Positions 27,884 through 38,113 are shown, counted from the stretch's first letter. The stretch: 64,000 bases of DNA from an uncultured virus (IMG/VR IMGVR_UViG_3300044627_004988) (IMGVR_UViG_3300044627_004988), one strand, 5' to 3'. Notes: generated by a model from the letters alone, not told the origin. A program made the numbers and translations.

Positions 27884-29065
27884 ATGCAGCCTGTACATGT
27901 AGTAGGTTATGGGATAATTGATGGGTTGGGCAATAACCCTAGTGATTGTTTTTTAAATTCCCTAAATGATAAAGATTTTACTGTTGATCTTGATTTTATG
28001 ATTCAACAAAAGCTTCAAATCACCAGAGGAATACGTGTCGATGATTCTGGTATATCGCTTCCTAAATCATTAGATGAAAAATCATTAAGACACATGACAA
28101 GAACACAGAAAATTGCCATACATGCGGTTGAACAAGCAATGAATATGTCCGGGTTGCCTATGTCCTCTAACGTTGCCGTTATTTATTCTAGCGTGTCTAA
28201 CGACAGCGAATCTATAGAATATATGTCTGACAAATTCCTAAATAACAAAAGAGCACATCCGCTCATTGTTCTTAATAGAATACCAGACATAATAGCTTCT
28301 CACATATGTGGCCATTACGGATTTATGGGCACTTCTTTTGCCCTCATGGCATCGTGCGCAACTGGTTTGCTTTCGATAGACTATGCAATGAGATTATGTG
28401 ACGAATATGATTATGTTATAGTTGGTGGCAGCGACGCCCCTGTGCATGGCATGGCGATGAAGTACTTCAGTGCCCTCGGTGCCTTAGGTAACCGCAATGC
28501 TCCATTCGACGATAGTAGAGAAGGGTTTATTATGGCCGATGGTGCTGGAGTATTGATACTGCAAAGCTCAGAAAAAGTTAAAGAATTTGGTTCAAGAGAT
28601 TACGCAAAATTATACCCAGTAGGGTCAGCTTCTGATGCCCTTAGCTTAACATCGCCTGCCGAAGATGGCAGAGGGTCAAAAATTGCCATGAAAAAAGCAC
28701 TGCGATACGTAGAAAATATAGATGTCATTTCTGCTCATGCAACCTCTACAGTAGTAGGCGATCCTATAGAATATTCAGTAGTTTCAGAAATGCTACCAAA
28801 CACACCGATATATGCTCCAAAAAGTAAAACTGGTCATACTCTAGCTGCTTCCGGTATTATAGAAACTATTTACGCAATAGAATCTTCAAAAAACGGAATA
28901 ATACCGCACTGCCAAAATCTTAAAAATTGTTCATTTGATACTAACAAGACCCTAACAAGAGAGCCTATTACTATTAATAAAGAAGTAATAAGAACTTTAA
29001 ACAATTCTTTTGGATTCGGCGGGAAGTCAGCCAGCCAAGTGATAGAGGTAACAAAAAATGATTGA
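27884..29065 (+). CDS. fabF: Beta-ketoacyl-ACP synthase (FabF/KAS II-like)
   Basis: Cys in ASCATG, His in HATST, His in KSKTGH, NSFGFGG; likely ATG at 27884. Confidence 0.9.
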   Translation: MQPVHVVGYGIIDGLGNNPSDCFLNSLNDKDFTVDLDFMIQQKLQITRGIRVDDSGISLPKSLDEKSLRHMTRTQKIAIHAVEQAMNMSGLPMSSNVAVIYSSVSNDSESIEYMSDKFLNNKRAHPLIVLNRIPDIIASHICGHYGFMGTSFALMASCATGLLSIDYAMRLCDEYDYVIVGGSDAPVHGMAMKYFSALGALGNRNAPFDDSREGFIMADGAGVLILQSSEKVKEFGSRDYAKLYPVGSASDALSLTSPAEDGRGSKIAMKKALRYVENIDVISAHATSTVVGDPIEYSVVSEMLPNTPIYAPKSKTGHTLAASGIIETIYAIESSKNGIIPHCQNLKNCSFDTNKTLTREPITINKEVIRTLNNSFGFGGKSASQVIEVTKND

Positions 29066-29990
29066 ATCTGAAAAACAACTAATAAACGAGTTAAACCCAG
29101 CTATAGAATTTTTGCTAGACAGGCATATCTCTGCTACAAAAAAATGGAACCCGCATGAATACATACCATGGGAAAGAGGTTCACGCTTAACCAACGAAGG
29201 TTTTCTTTACGGGGAAGATTCAATATCAAATAATCTAAGATCAGCTTTTATAGTTACTTTGTTAACTGAAGATAGTCTACCCTGGTACGCTAGAACACTT
29301 TCGGAGGTGTTTGGAAGAGAATCTGTTGTAGGGGAATGGATTCATAGATGGACAGCAGAAGAAGCAAGGCACTCATACGTTCTTCGTTCTTATATAACTT
29401 TGTCTGGGATAATGGACCCAGTAAAATTAGAGCAAGATAGAATTGCATTTGTTAGTACAGGCAGGGTCCCAGAACTAGGTAGAGATAAAATTACTAATGA
29501 CTACTTAGACGGTTATGGTGTTTGTCAATCATTTGCTTACACCACTATACAGGAATTAAGTGCTAGGTCTTCCTATTTTAACATGGCTCAACAGCTTGAT
29601 GATAAAGCTGGGTATGAGATTTTGAAACGTATTCTAACCGATGAAAATCACCACTTTATTTTTTACAGAGACGCAGTAAAAGAAATATTAAAAATTGATC
29701 CATCATCCATGATGACAAGTTTATCAAAAGTAATAATGCAGTTTGAAATGCCGGGAGTTGGTGCCCCAGGATACGCGCAGCACGCGAGAAATATTTCCGA
29801 TGGTGGTATCTACAGTATAAGGTCGTACTACGAAGATGTGCTAATGCCAATATTGAAGTACTGGAATATTTTTAATATCACCGGACTAAACAGTGCGGCT
29901 GAACAATCTAGGGATGACCTTATTAAATTTCTTAGTAGATTAAAAAAGATAATTCAAAGAAAATATGGAATAATATATAATGACTTTTAA
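29058..29990 (+). CDS. Soluble di-iron acyl-ACP desaturase (actinobacterial DesA-like)
   Basis: W.PH.YIPW..G, TEDSLP, WTAEEARH, QEL, DENHH, F.MPG. Confidence 0.9.
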   Translation: MIESEKQLINELNPAIEFLLDRHISATKKWNPHEYIPWERGSRLTNEGFLYGEDSISNNLRSAFIVTLLTEDSLPWYARTLSEVFGRESVVGEWIHRWTAEEARHSYVLRSYITLSGIMDPVKLEQDRIAFVSTGRVPELGRDKITNDYLDGYGVCQSFAYTTIQELSARSSYFNMAQQLDDKAGYEILKRILTDENHHFIFYRDAVKEILKIDPSSMMTSLSKVIMQFEMPGVGAPGYAQHARNISDGGIYSIRSYYEDVLMPILKYWNIFNITGLNSAAEQSRDDLIKFLSRLKKIIQRKYGIIYNDF

Positions 29991-30684
29991 AAAACAATGG
30001 CAAGATGAAGGTTACTTTATAGTAGAGAACCTTATACCAGAAGAGTCAATAGAAGCTTACTCTAAGCTGTGGATAGAAAATCACGGAGAAATTGTAGATG
30101 GAAAACTATCTTTAGTTAACCCTAATGGCTGGGAAGGGTATCATACCTATCTAGAGCATGTTTCTATACTGGAGATTTTTTGTGGATCCGATATTCCAAC
30201 AATTATCGAAGAAGCTATTGGGTCTCCGGCTGGTCTTCATCTTAATTTTACGGGATGGATTTCTACTAGAAAGACATGGCATCAAGATATAACTTACGGT
30301 GACAAAGACCATGCCGATAACCACATAGGGGTTTGGGTAGCCTTAGAAGATATCGATTATAGATCTGGTCCATTCCAGCTTATACCAAAATCTCACAAAT
30401 GGGATATTGATTTTAAAGAAATTTATCCAAATCATTTAAGCGAAAAAGCATCCGAGTACTTTGCAGAAAAGCTGCTAGAAGAATCTCCACCAGGCGTCAC
30501 GTTTACCGCAAAGAAGGGTGACGTTATCTTCTGGCATGGTCACACTGTGCATAGAGGCGATATGCCAATAGATGAGTCCATTACTCGCAAGAGTATCATA
30601 GGGCACTTTGCTTCTCTAAATGTTGGTATGTTGGCGCAACAAAAAAGCTTGCCGTATAAAAATGGACATTACTTTAATCTTTAA
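29980..30684 (+). CDS. Phytanoyl-CoA dioxygenase (PhyH) family
   Basis: WHQD, WVALEDI....GP...IP.SH, KGDV.FWHG..VHRG. Confidence 0.88.
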   Translation: MTFKKQWQDEGYFIVENLIPEESIEAYSKLWIENHGEIVDGKLSLVNPNGWEGYHTYLEHVSILEIFCGSDIPTIIEEAIGSPAGLHLNFTGWISTRKTWHQDITYGDKDHADNHIGVWVALEDIDYRSGPFQLIPKSHKWDIDFKEIYPNHLSEKASEYFAEKLLEESPPGVTFTAKKGDVIFWHGHTVHRGDMPIDESITRKSIIGHFASLNVGMLAQQKSLPYKNGHYFNL

Positions 30685-30704
30685 ATTCTTTTAGCTAAAA
30701 AAGG

Positions 30705-30713
30705 GTTACTATA
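30705..30713 (+). promoter_or_regulatory. GTTACTATA motif (candidate phage-specific promoter)
   Basis: 5 nt before ATG 30719; related copies upstream of six other genes. Confidence 0.5.
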
Positions 30714-30718
30714 TCCTT

Positions 30719-32554
30719 ATGTCATCTAATAGACCAGTAATAGATATACGCCAAAGTTTTAGCTCTATTTACGATGCATTCTATTTTTCTAACGACCCAG
30801 AAAAGATGTTAAGGCCAAAAAGGATCCCGGGCAGCAAACATGGACCTTATCAAATTGAGTTAAGCGACTTTGGTGCTCAAGCTGGCTCAGTTTCTGGCAT
30901 GGACTTGTCTCAAGCCCAAAGGATAGCCTTAGAACTAACTGGCGGTCAAGACAGGCAGCTTACAACTAGAACTGTGAATAGCTTTCTTACAGAGGCTATG
31001 TCTGGCATTGAAAGAGAAACTCAAGGCGGTGCACTATCGGCAATGGTTGGTTTTCGGACGCGCCAAGGGGCATATAAGCGCCATTGATTACAGCAAAAAG
31101 ACTCGTCCTCTTTCTCTCGTTTTTGGTAATCCTGGTGATGATCCTGGTGGGAACGCTGGTGGTCACTGGCAATCTGGTAACTTTAAAGTTTGGATAAAAA
31201 ACCAAAGAGATGCTGCCTACTCAAGGTCTGATCTAGCACGAACTTTAAGACACGAAACAGGACACGTTGTTTCTGACGCTATCGAGCAAAGCGTAAGAAC
31301 GCTAGAGTCTGAGATAGGTAGAGGAAAAGCTGGCCCAGATTTTACTTTTTTTGATTCTTCTGGAAAAAAGATTGCACCACCGATTGAAGACGAGACATTA
31401 AGATATTTTTGGATGAGACAACAAGTATTGTCAACCTATAGAAGAGAAGCAACAATGCCAACGCATATAAGCGAAATGATGCTAAGGGCAATGGAGCAAA
31501 ATGCTCGGCCTGAGCGACCCGGGAGCTCGACATCTAGCGCAACGATTGCCGAATCAACACAGTAATCTTAGAACTCTAACAGATAATTTATTAGATTTTA
31601 AATATTTTGGAGATATAAAAACTTTAAACACTAACCAACAAGCTAACGTGCAAAATGTTTTTAGAGTTTTAAGCGAAACAGGCGAAGGAAGCAAAGTCGA
31701 AGCATTATTGGCGTCTGTAAGGGAAGAGGCTTTTGCAGACGACTTTGCCGTTATAACCGCTCCTAAAATGGATTTACCATTAGTAGCTAATCAAGCTGGT
31801 ATGCACCTATCTGGAGAAGTAATAGACGGCCCTAATGGCCCACTGTGGAACCCAACTGGAGTAGGAAAATTAGGCAGAAACACCGAAGTAGACAACCTTG
31901 CTAGAATGTTTATAAACAGTGAAGTAAGGGGCTACGCTGCTGAAACACGGATCGCAATGGCATCATTATGCTAGATCCCACTTAGGCGACCAAACATTTG
32001 ATTTGTTAGGAGAAGAACACCAGGCTTCATTAACATCACTTCTAACGGAACACTACCAAAATAATAGAACAACAGCTTTATCTACAAGAACACTAGATGC
32101 AGATACCCTGCATCTTCCTTCTGTAAGAAAAATACTACAGGCTCAAGGTTATGATTCAACAGAAATAGAAAGAGTTATAGGCGGGATGCGTGATATAGCT
32201 ACCTTCCACAACCAAGAATTTGATGCCGGAAGAATTCCTGTTGGGACAGGTAGAAGAATGATTCTTTCTGAAGCTGAAAAAGCTGATACTTTGACAAAAA
32301 ATCCTATGACAAGATTAGCTGCAGGCATACACAGCAGAGGGGCTGGACAACGTCCTATTATTTCTGTAGGTTCATCAGCCAAGCCCTCTGCTATAGTTTC
32401 AGAAACCGCTCAGTCTGCAAAGGTTGCAACTAGAGCAATTGGAGATTCAACTGCCGGAAGGTCATTTCTTTCTGGAGTAGCTAGCTCGGCAAGTGGTGCA
32501 AAAGTTCTACAGCTTGCAAGAAGTGGTAGAAAAATGCTTCAAAGCTTTGCCTAA
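30719..32554 (+). pseudogene. About 610-aa HExxH zinc-metallopeptidase-like gene split by three +1 frameshifts (possibly sequencing errors)
   Basis: ORFs 30719, 31008, 31501, 32003 step successively +1; RHETGH in the second piece and EEAFAD in the third. Confidence 0.6.
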
Positions 32555-32560
32555 ATACTT

Positions 32561-33574
32561 TTAGGGAATCTCTCTCCAAAGCCATTCTGGATTATTCTTT
32601 GTCCACTCTACAGTAGACTGAAGAGAAGACTCTAAAGACATTGGTGGCTTCCAACCTGCTTCTTGCAGTTTACGCCCATCTAATGCGTATCTTGAATCAT
32701 GGCCTGGTCTTGTTGTATGGAAATCTTCAAACTCAAATTGTAGTTCTTTGCCCCAATACTTTGCCACCAGCTTTGCCATTTCTAGATTATTAATTTCCTT
32801 TTCCCCAACTACATTATACTTATCTGGTCTATCAGAATTAGGATATGGAGTTGGCTCTAAATAATCGAGTATATAGAGTAGCGCATCTGCTTGGTTTCGT
32901 GCATGTAGGTAGAATCTAGATCCAATATTGTCTTCTGTCCCGTGGATTGTCATTGGGATATTCTTTTCTAAACAATACATAATCTTTGGAATAAACTTTT
33001 CCGGATCTTGTCTTTCCCCAATTATATTCATAGTATTTGTTATAATTACCGGAACCCCAAATGTTCTCCAGTAAGACACGCACACAGCTTCCTGCGCTGC
33101 CTTAGAAGCTGAATATGGGTTTGATGGCAGAATGGTATCCCATTCTTTATGGGCATAACCCTTTGGAGCCGGCCCGTAAACTTCGTCTGTTGAAACCTGC
33201 AAAAATACTGTAGGCTTAAGCTTTCTTGCAAGCTCTAGCATATTAACTATCAAAGCAACATTATTTGTTATAAATGGAGCTGGGTCAGTGATTGATCTAT
33301 CAACATGTGAATCTGAAGCCATTGAAATAATATAATCAATATCACCAATCTCTTTCACCATTACATCTGAAAATGGCACAGTCAAATCATGGGTGATCAA
33401 CTTTACGCGGTGCTTTTCTGATTCCCAGCATCCTATAGATGTAATTCTATCAGTTACACCTCTGTGTCTAAAAGAATCGGTTATTACTATTTCCCAATTT
33501 GTAAGCTTTAATAAATGTTCTAAAGTGTGGTGGCCAACGAAACCACCAGCACCAGTTAATAATACTTTCTTCAT
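32561..33574 (-). CDS. dTDP-glucose 4,6-dehydratase-like (RmlB)
   Basis: TGAGGFVG, SHVDRSI, STDEVYG, YSASK, RPGHD.RY. Confidence 0.88.
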   Translation of the reverse strand: MKKVLLTGAGGFVGHHTLEHLLKLTNWEIVITDSFRHRGVTDRITSIGCWESEKHRVKLITHDLTVPFSDVMVKEIGDIDYIISMASDSHVDRSITDPAPFITNNVALIVNMLELARKLKPTVFLQVSTDEVYGPAPKGYAHKEWDTILPSNPYSASKAAQEAVCVSYWRTFGVPVIITNTMNIIGERQDPEKFIPKIMYCLEKNIPMTIHGTEDNIGSRFYLHARNQADALLYILDYLEPTPYPNSDRPDKYNVVGEKEINNLEMAKLVAKYWGKELQFEFEDFHTTRPGHDSRYALDGRKLQEAGWKPPMSLESSLQSTVEWTKNNPEWLWREIP

Positions 33575-33626
33575 TCTTTCCTTTTTTTAAATTCAAAAAA
33601 TATGCTCTACAACATACCATTTGAGA

Positions 33627-33701
<75 letters not shown>

Positions 33702-33707
33702 AGATTA

Positions 33708-33902
33708 TTAATTTGTGTGAGTTTTTTTGATAAAATCTATAGCAATCTTTGCTACTTTTTTATCCTTGCCTTCTATTAAAAGAGATAAGTCAACAATTGC
33801 ATCGGTGATTTTGTTAGATATTCTATGCGCAATTTCGTGCTCAATGCCGTCTGATTTTACGGCCTTATATATTTCTCTATATGTTTTTGTGTAGTCCATC
33901 AA
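33708..33902 (-). CDS. Hypothetical protein
   Basis: 64-aa ORF, GAGG upstream. Confidence 0.55.
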   Translation of the reverse strand: MMDYTKTYREIYKAVKSDGIEHEIAHRISNKITDAIVDLSLLIEGKDKKVAKIAIDFIKKTHTN

Positions 33903-34281
33903 TTTCCTCTTTAGTCGGACGAATCATCTTCGCCTCCACTAGTATACCATCAGTGAACTTCAAATCGTATTCTAACCAGATAGTTTTTTGTTTTTCAACA
34001 TTGTCTTCTAATAGTATTAAATTGTATACTCTTAGATGCCCGTGATAATACATCTTTACTTTTAATGGCTCAACATCGTTAGAGCTTTCCCATATATTGT
34101 TGCCGTTTTTGTATAAAAAACCATTATTATCTATAAAATAATTGTCCATCAGGCACTCTAGGTCTTTGCATTGAAAGCCGTCTGCATAGATAGCTTGTGA
34201 TACATATGACTTTATCGGATGCTCTATATATAACGCTATCGGTAGTGGAAAATCTATTTCTATCGTGTCAAACATTCCCAT
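33877..34281 (-). CDS. Phage-type hypothetical protein
   Basis: MGMFD.I...FQ.KDLEC....Y.I...G.L...FTDG; TGATATAGT 5 nt upstream. Confidence 0.7.
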   Translation of the reverse strand: MGMFDTIEIDFPLPIALYIEHPIKSYVSQAIYADGFQCKDLECLMDNYFIDNNGFLYKNGNNIWESSNDVEPLKVKMYYHGHLRVYNLILLEDNVEKQKTIWLEYDLKFTDGILVEAKMIRPTKEEIDGLHKNI

Positions 34282-34311
34282 GCAATACTATATCACATTT
34301 CGGGGAAAAGC

Positions 34312-34689
34312 CTAGTATCTTCTTTCTTCTTCTTCTTTCCTGTTAAGACTTCGCTTACTGATAGCCACAGAAGTAGCTAACCCAATTGCTGCTACTCCAG
34401 TAGCTGGATGTCTCATCTTTTTAAGAACACTGTTGCCAGATGCTGCTTTTACTCCACTTTTTAAGAAATTTTTTACTGCTGATGATGCGCCAGCAGAAGT
34501 CGCTGCACTCGCTGCTGAAGTGGTCGCTGCTGATACAACAGCAGTAGCTACGCTAGGTGGAGCTACGCTTAGCGTAGCCGTTGGTAGTGGCCTAAGTGTA
34601 TTTAGCTTTTTAGTTTCTTCCATAAAACCTATATCTCTACCAAGTGGAGAAAAAGGTCTAGGACCAACAGGTTTTGGCGGTCCAATCAT
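34312..34689 (-). CDS. Ala/Ser/Thr-rich basic protein; may extend to ATG 34786 via a +1 frameshift near 34695
   Basis: Upstream MAKAPGS... frame is offset by one base. Confidence 0.55.
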   Translation of the reverse strand: MIGPPKPVGPRPFSPLGRDIGFMEETKKLNTLRPLPTATLSVAPPSVATAVVSAATTSAASAATSAGASSAVKNFLKSGVKAASGNSVLKKMRHPATGVAAIGLATSVAISKRSLNRKEEEERRY

Positions 34690-34804
34690 CTTTCCGCGCT
34701 AAAGACCCTGGGCCCTTACGAGGGATGACTCTACCTGCCATCTTTGGCATTGCAACTGCACCAATTGAACCCGGAGCTTTAGCCATTTTTTTACCAGACT
34801 TTCT

Positions 34805-35296
34805 TTATTTTAAAATACCTGTTATTTCGCAAGATCTATTAAGTATTTTTCCGTCTGCACTTTCTGGGTCTATACCAGGATAAGGAGATGTATCACCAAG
34901 CGATGTGACTTTAATATCTTCAAAAGCTATACCTTTTTCAAGCAAAGAAAACTGCAAAGCCTTTGCTCTCTTGCCGGAAAGATCATTTCTATTAACTGTT
35001 TTACCATCACTAGAAGACCTACAAACGACGTTAAGAGCTGAATAATAGGCACGTGTGTATTTAGTCACGTAAATCTCTACGCATGCCATACCTTCTTCGA
35101 AGACTGGTATATCTTTATCTTTTTGGTAGAAAACAAGACATGGTGGATCTGCGACTATTGGTTGCGCAATTGTCGTAGAAGGGTCTACTGTAATTTCTAC
35201 TGGTTCTGACTTTGGCCAAAAAATGTAAGCTAGAATCATAGACAATACTAAACCTACTGAAGTTCTAACTATTATCTTTTTAAAATCAATTTTCAT
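34805..35296 (-). CDS. Membrane-anchored OmpA/MotB-like peptidoglycan-binding protein
   Basis: N-terminal TM; SSDG...N..LS.KRA....L..KGI....I...SLGD..P......G..LNR..EI. Confidence 0.75.
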   Translation of the reverse strand: MKIDFKKIIVRTSVGLVLSMILAYIFWPKSEPVEITVDPSTTIAQPIVADPPCLVFYQKDKDIPVFEEGMACVEIYVTKYTRAYYSALNVVCRSSSDGKTVNRNDLSGKRAKALQFSLLEKGIAFEDIKVTSLGDTSPYPGIDPESADGKILNRSCEITGILK

Positions 35297-36167
35297 ATTT
35301 GTTTTCCTTAATCTGTTTGTTTAAAATATAAAAGTTTTTTCTTGCCTTATCTTCTTTTTTCTTTGCTGCCTTAATAAAATGGTCGTAAACATCGGTGTAC
35401 CAATAGGCTATAGCAGATATAACAAGGCCGATGCTGACAGATGCCAAAGAAAGAATAAATTTATCAGTCATATCTAGACCTTCTTCAGCATACCTCGCTG
35501 AGGTAGACAAGACAGTCAATAGACCAAAAAGGAGTACGTTTATACCTAGGGAGTTTTTTGCAGTAGATTTGTTGTATATTTCTATTTCTTTTGGATTTGT
35601 AGAATTTTTTCGCTTACTGCTTAAAGTCTTGATAGCATAGGATGCCCCCAATTGGGCGCAGACAAAGGCATAAGAAAACGAGAGTATTATAGCCGATGCC
35701 CTTTCGGCTCTTTCAGCCCAAGAATCAGATCCAAACTTGCCGGCGAAAATATCTTTCCATAATAAGAAATCAAAAACAAGTCCAATCACCACTGAAAACC
35801 ATATTATCTCTGTGCCATATTCTGACATAGAAGAAGATTGCTTGGACAGCTCTTTTTCTGTTTCTTCACTATCCGCTTGTGCATCGAGATAATCTTTATG
35901 AGCTTTGTCGTATTCCGATAAGATCTCTTTTTTTTCGATTAACTCTACGGAATTAATTGATTGTATTTGATCTTTTAAAGTCTCGGTATTATTTCTTAAA
36001 GCGGCGTTCTGTTGCTCTAAATCAATAATTTTTTTGTCTAGGCCAGCAACTAGCTTATCAAACCTTTTTTTATTACGCCTCGAAAGAACAACTTCTTCCG
36101 TAGGCTCATCATTCGGCATCTGAATCATCATCTGAGCTATCATCTGCCTGTTTGCCGACGACGCCAT
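35286..36167 (-). CDS. Coiled-coil plus 4-TM membrane protein (start uncertain)
   Basis: N-terminal heptads, four hydrophobic segments. Confidence 0.7.
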   Translation of the reverse strand: MASSANRQMIAQMMIQMPNDEPTEEVVLSRRNKKRFDKLVAGLDKKIIDLEQQNAALRNNTETLKDQIQSINSVELIEKKEILSEYDKAHKDYLDAQADSEETEKELSKQSSSMSEYGTEIIWFSVVIGLVFDFLLWKDIFAGKFGSDSWAERAERASAIILSFSYAFVCAQLGASYAIKTLSSKRKNSTNPKEIEIYNKSTAKNSLGINVLLFGLLTVLSTSARYAEEGLDMTDKFILSLASVSIGLVISAIAYWYTDVYDHFIKAAKKKEDKARKNFYILNKQIKENKYEN

Positions 36168-36462
36168 CCGGTATAGCTGCTAATCTGCAGTAACCGCCTG
36201 GCTCAATTCTTCTTTTAACAATTTTACAAACGTAGTCTGATTCATGTAGCACGCAGTTTTCGCAGCGTACTCCAATCTCATAATTTTCATTTTCTTCTCT
36301 TGGGACATAACCAACCCAAATACCATTTTTGTCTTTATCAGCTAATTTTCCATATTTTTTGGCGATACCCAAAAGAGCGTCAGCAAAGTCTTTTTCTGCC
36401 GGGCTTAAAGCCGGAAGCTTATCTTCCATTTCTGATAAAAATTTATACATCTGATACTCCAT
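36109..36462 (-). CDS. Small protein with HiPIP-like 4-Cys motif
   Basis: RCENC...CKIV...I.PGGYC. Confidence 0.6.
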   Translation of the reverse strand: MEYQMYKFLSEMEDKLPALSPAEKDFADALLGIAKKYGKLADKDKNGIWVGYVPREENENYEIGVRCENCVLHESDYVCKIVKRRIEPGGYCRLAAIPDGVVGKQADDSSDDDSDAE

Positions 36463-36516
36463 TTTGATAGTTTTATTTTGTTTATAGTAACGGGTTTACC
36501 GCTATTTTGCGTTGGA

Positions 36517-37311
36517 TTATTGTTCTAAGCCATTAATTGGCTTAGAGTGTCCAGCTTCTACCTTAGTAAATTTTATTTGCCCAGCATTAAAGCCACCCAT
36601 TGAGCTATATGCGGTACATCTGTTGTCCCATATCACTAGATCTTTTTGTTCCCAAGTTAAGCTAAATATATTTAACTTATCCTCAAAAAACGTGTCGCGA
36701 AGCTTATATATGTGCTTTTGCCATTTATCGTTATCTTTTCCTAAGGTATTTAACCCGCCGTAAAATATGCTTGGCTTTCCTGTCTCTGGATGTATTCTCC
36801 AAGAAGGGTGGCTATCTTGCTGCCCTATATCTTTTCTTTGAAGTGGGAATTTTGCAAGTCCTTCATCAAGCCATCTAAACTTGATTTTAAGGATAAAGCT
36901 CATATCTTCTTCGCTGATCATATTATATACATTCTCAAGATTGACCCATTTTGTTTCACTCAACCCAGCTGAGTCACCAACGGAATTCATATAAATGCAG
37001 CTAATATTGCTGGGCTCTACATCTGAACAATTGTCCGTTTGCCATCTAACTAAGTAATCATCTTTTGATGGCAGTTTTCCATTTTTTTCTGTAAAATACT
37101 CAAAATTATCATCAAAGTTTTTATCGTATATTTTGACATCTTCTTCTTTTGAGAATAAAGAGCCAAGAGACTGCGATACAGATTTATCGCCAAAATCAAT
37201 GTTTTTGAAAACTAGAACTTTATGATTTAAAAGGTCATTATAATAAGAATCGTATTTTTCTAAAATATCAGAAAAACTTACGTTATTGTATGTCTTGCCA
37301 AAACTGTTCAT
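36517..37311 (-). CDS. TauD/TfdA-fold protein lacking both iron-binding His
   Basis: VLVFKN, T.WVNL..VY, HP..R.HPETGK, W...DLVIWDNR; WQTD instead of WHxD. Confidence 0.75.
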   Translation of the reverse strand: MNSFGKTYNNVSFSDILEKYDSYYNDLLNHKVLVFKNIDFGDKSVSQSLGSLFSKEEDVKIYDKNFDDNFEYFTEKNGKLPSKDDYLVRWQTDNCSDVEPSNISCIYMNSVGDSAGLSETKWVNLENVYNMISEEDMSFILKIKFRWLDEGLAKFPLQRKDIGQQDSHPSWRIHPETGKPSIFYGGLNTLGKDNDKWQKHIYKLRDTFFEDKLNIFSLTWEQKDLVIWDNRCTAYSSMGGFNAGQIKFTKVEAGHSKPINGLEQ

Positions 37312-37445
37312 TCTACCAATTCTTTCTGTGCGAAATAATTACTTTAAAACCTATACAGACAAAAAAAGTGGAAAAAATTTTTTAGCCCAAAAGCAAATTT
37401 GAGTAAAACTTAAATTTACGAAATAGTTTTAAGACTTATATTATA

Positions 37446-38030
37446 TCACGAGTATTGAATTGAGTTCCATTTTTCTACCTTCCAAAAGGTAGTCGTAGCA
37501 TAACGGTTGCCTGAAGTCACCTCGTTAACGCCGTGGGCATAGTTACCCCCTGCAGGGAAATAGATCATCATGCCAGCCTTAGGCGTAAAAGACAGATCGT
37601 ACTGGCTAAAGAAAAGCTCCCCACCAGTATAATCATCGTTGTAATACATCGAGGTACTTAAGTCTCTCCATGATTCACAAATCTTATCCGCATGCTCGTT
37701 CAAGTTTTGCCCAGTGGCATACTTAGTCAAGCTAGCTATTTCAGATCTAGCCACGCTGCAATCAAAAGTTTCTTCTAGGATAAGGGCAGCTTTATCCCTA
37801 TAGGCTTGCATCAGGGTTGCTACTTCACCACTGAAATGAAGTGCCGCAAGAGGGAATTCATGCACGCCGTAGTCGCTGAGCTCAAAGTCGGCATTTTCTA
37901 TATAGTTTCTTAAAGTAACTATATCTTCAGGAGATATAAAGTTCTCAAGAACATAGATATTTTTAACATCTTCTGGGTCAATTTCTAGGTCTTCTGAGCC
38001 CTCATAAATGTATCCACTTTTATTTTTCAT
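37446..38030 (-). CDS. 2OG-Fe(II) oxygenase
   Basis: HAD, YNDDYTGGEL, HGVNEVTSGNRY; ATG 38030 is 6 nt after TGCTATCAT. Confidence 0.85.
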   Translation of the reverse strand: MKNKSGYIYEGSEDLEIDPEDVKNIYVLENFISPEDIVTLRNYIENADFELSDYGVHEFPLAALHFSGEVATLMQAYRDKAALILEETFDCSVARSEIASLTKYATGQNLNEHADKICESWRDLSTSMYYNDDYTGGELFFSQYDLSFTPKAGMMIYFPAGGNYAHGVNEVTSGNRYATTTFWKVEKWNSIQYS

Positions 38031-38113
38031 CCTTAAATGATAGCACAAGTGTTTTCTTTTTGCACACCTGTTTACTATTAAACATAACTTTAATCAAAAT
38101 ACGGAGGTGCGTT

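Noticed and set aside
27884..29065. Type II polyketide synthase
   Set aside because: Single KS with FabF-type Cys-His-His; no chain-length factor or cyclase seen.
32554..32561. Strand switch as a replication terminus or origin
   Set aside because: Only convergent stops 6 nt apart; no repeats or other signal, and skew cannot be computed here.
34805..36167. Canonical Zorya or flagellar stator
   Set aside because: No Asp in the B-like TM and no zorC/D/E or flagellar genes; kept only as an architectural analogy.
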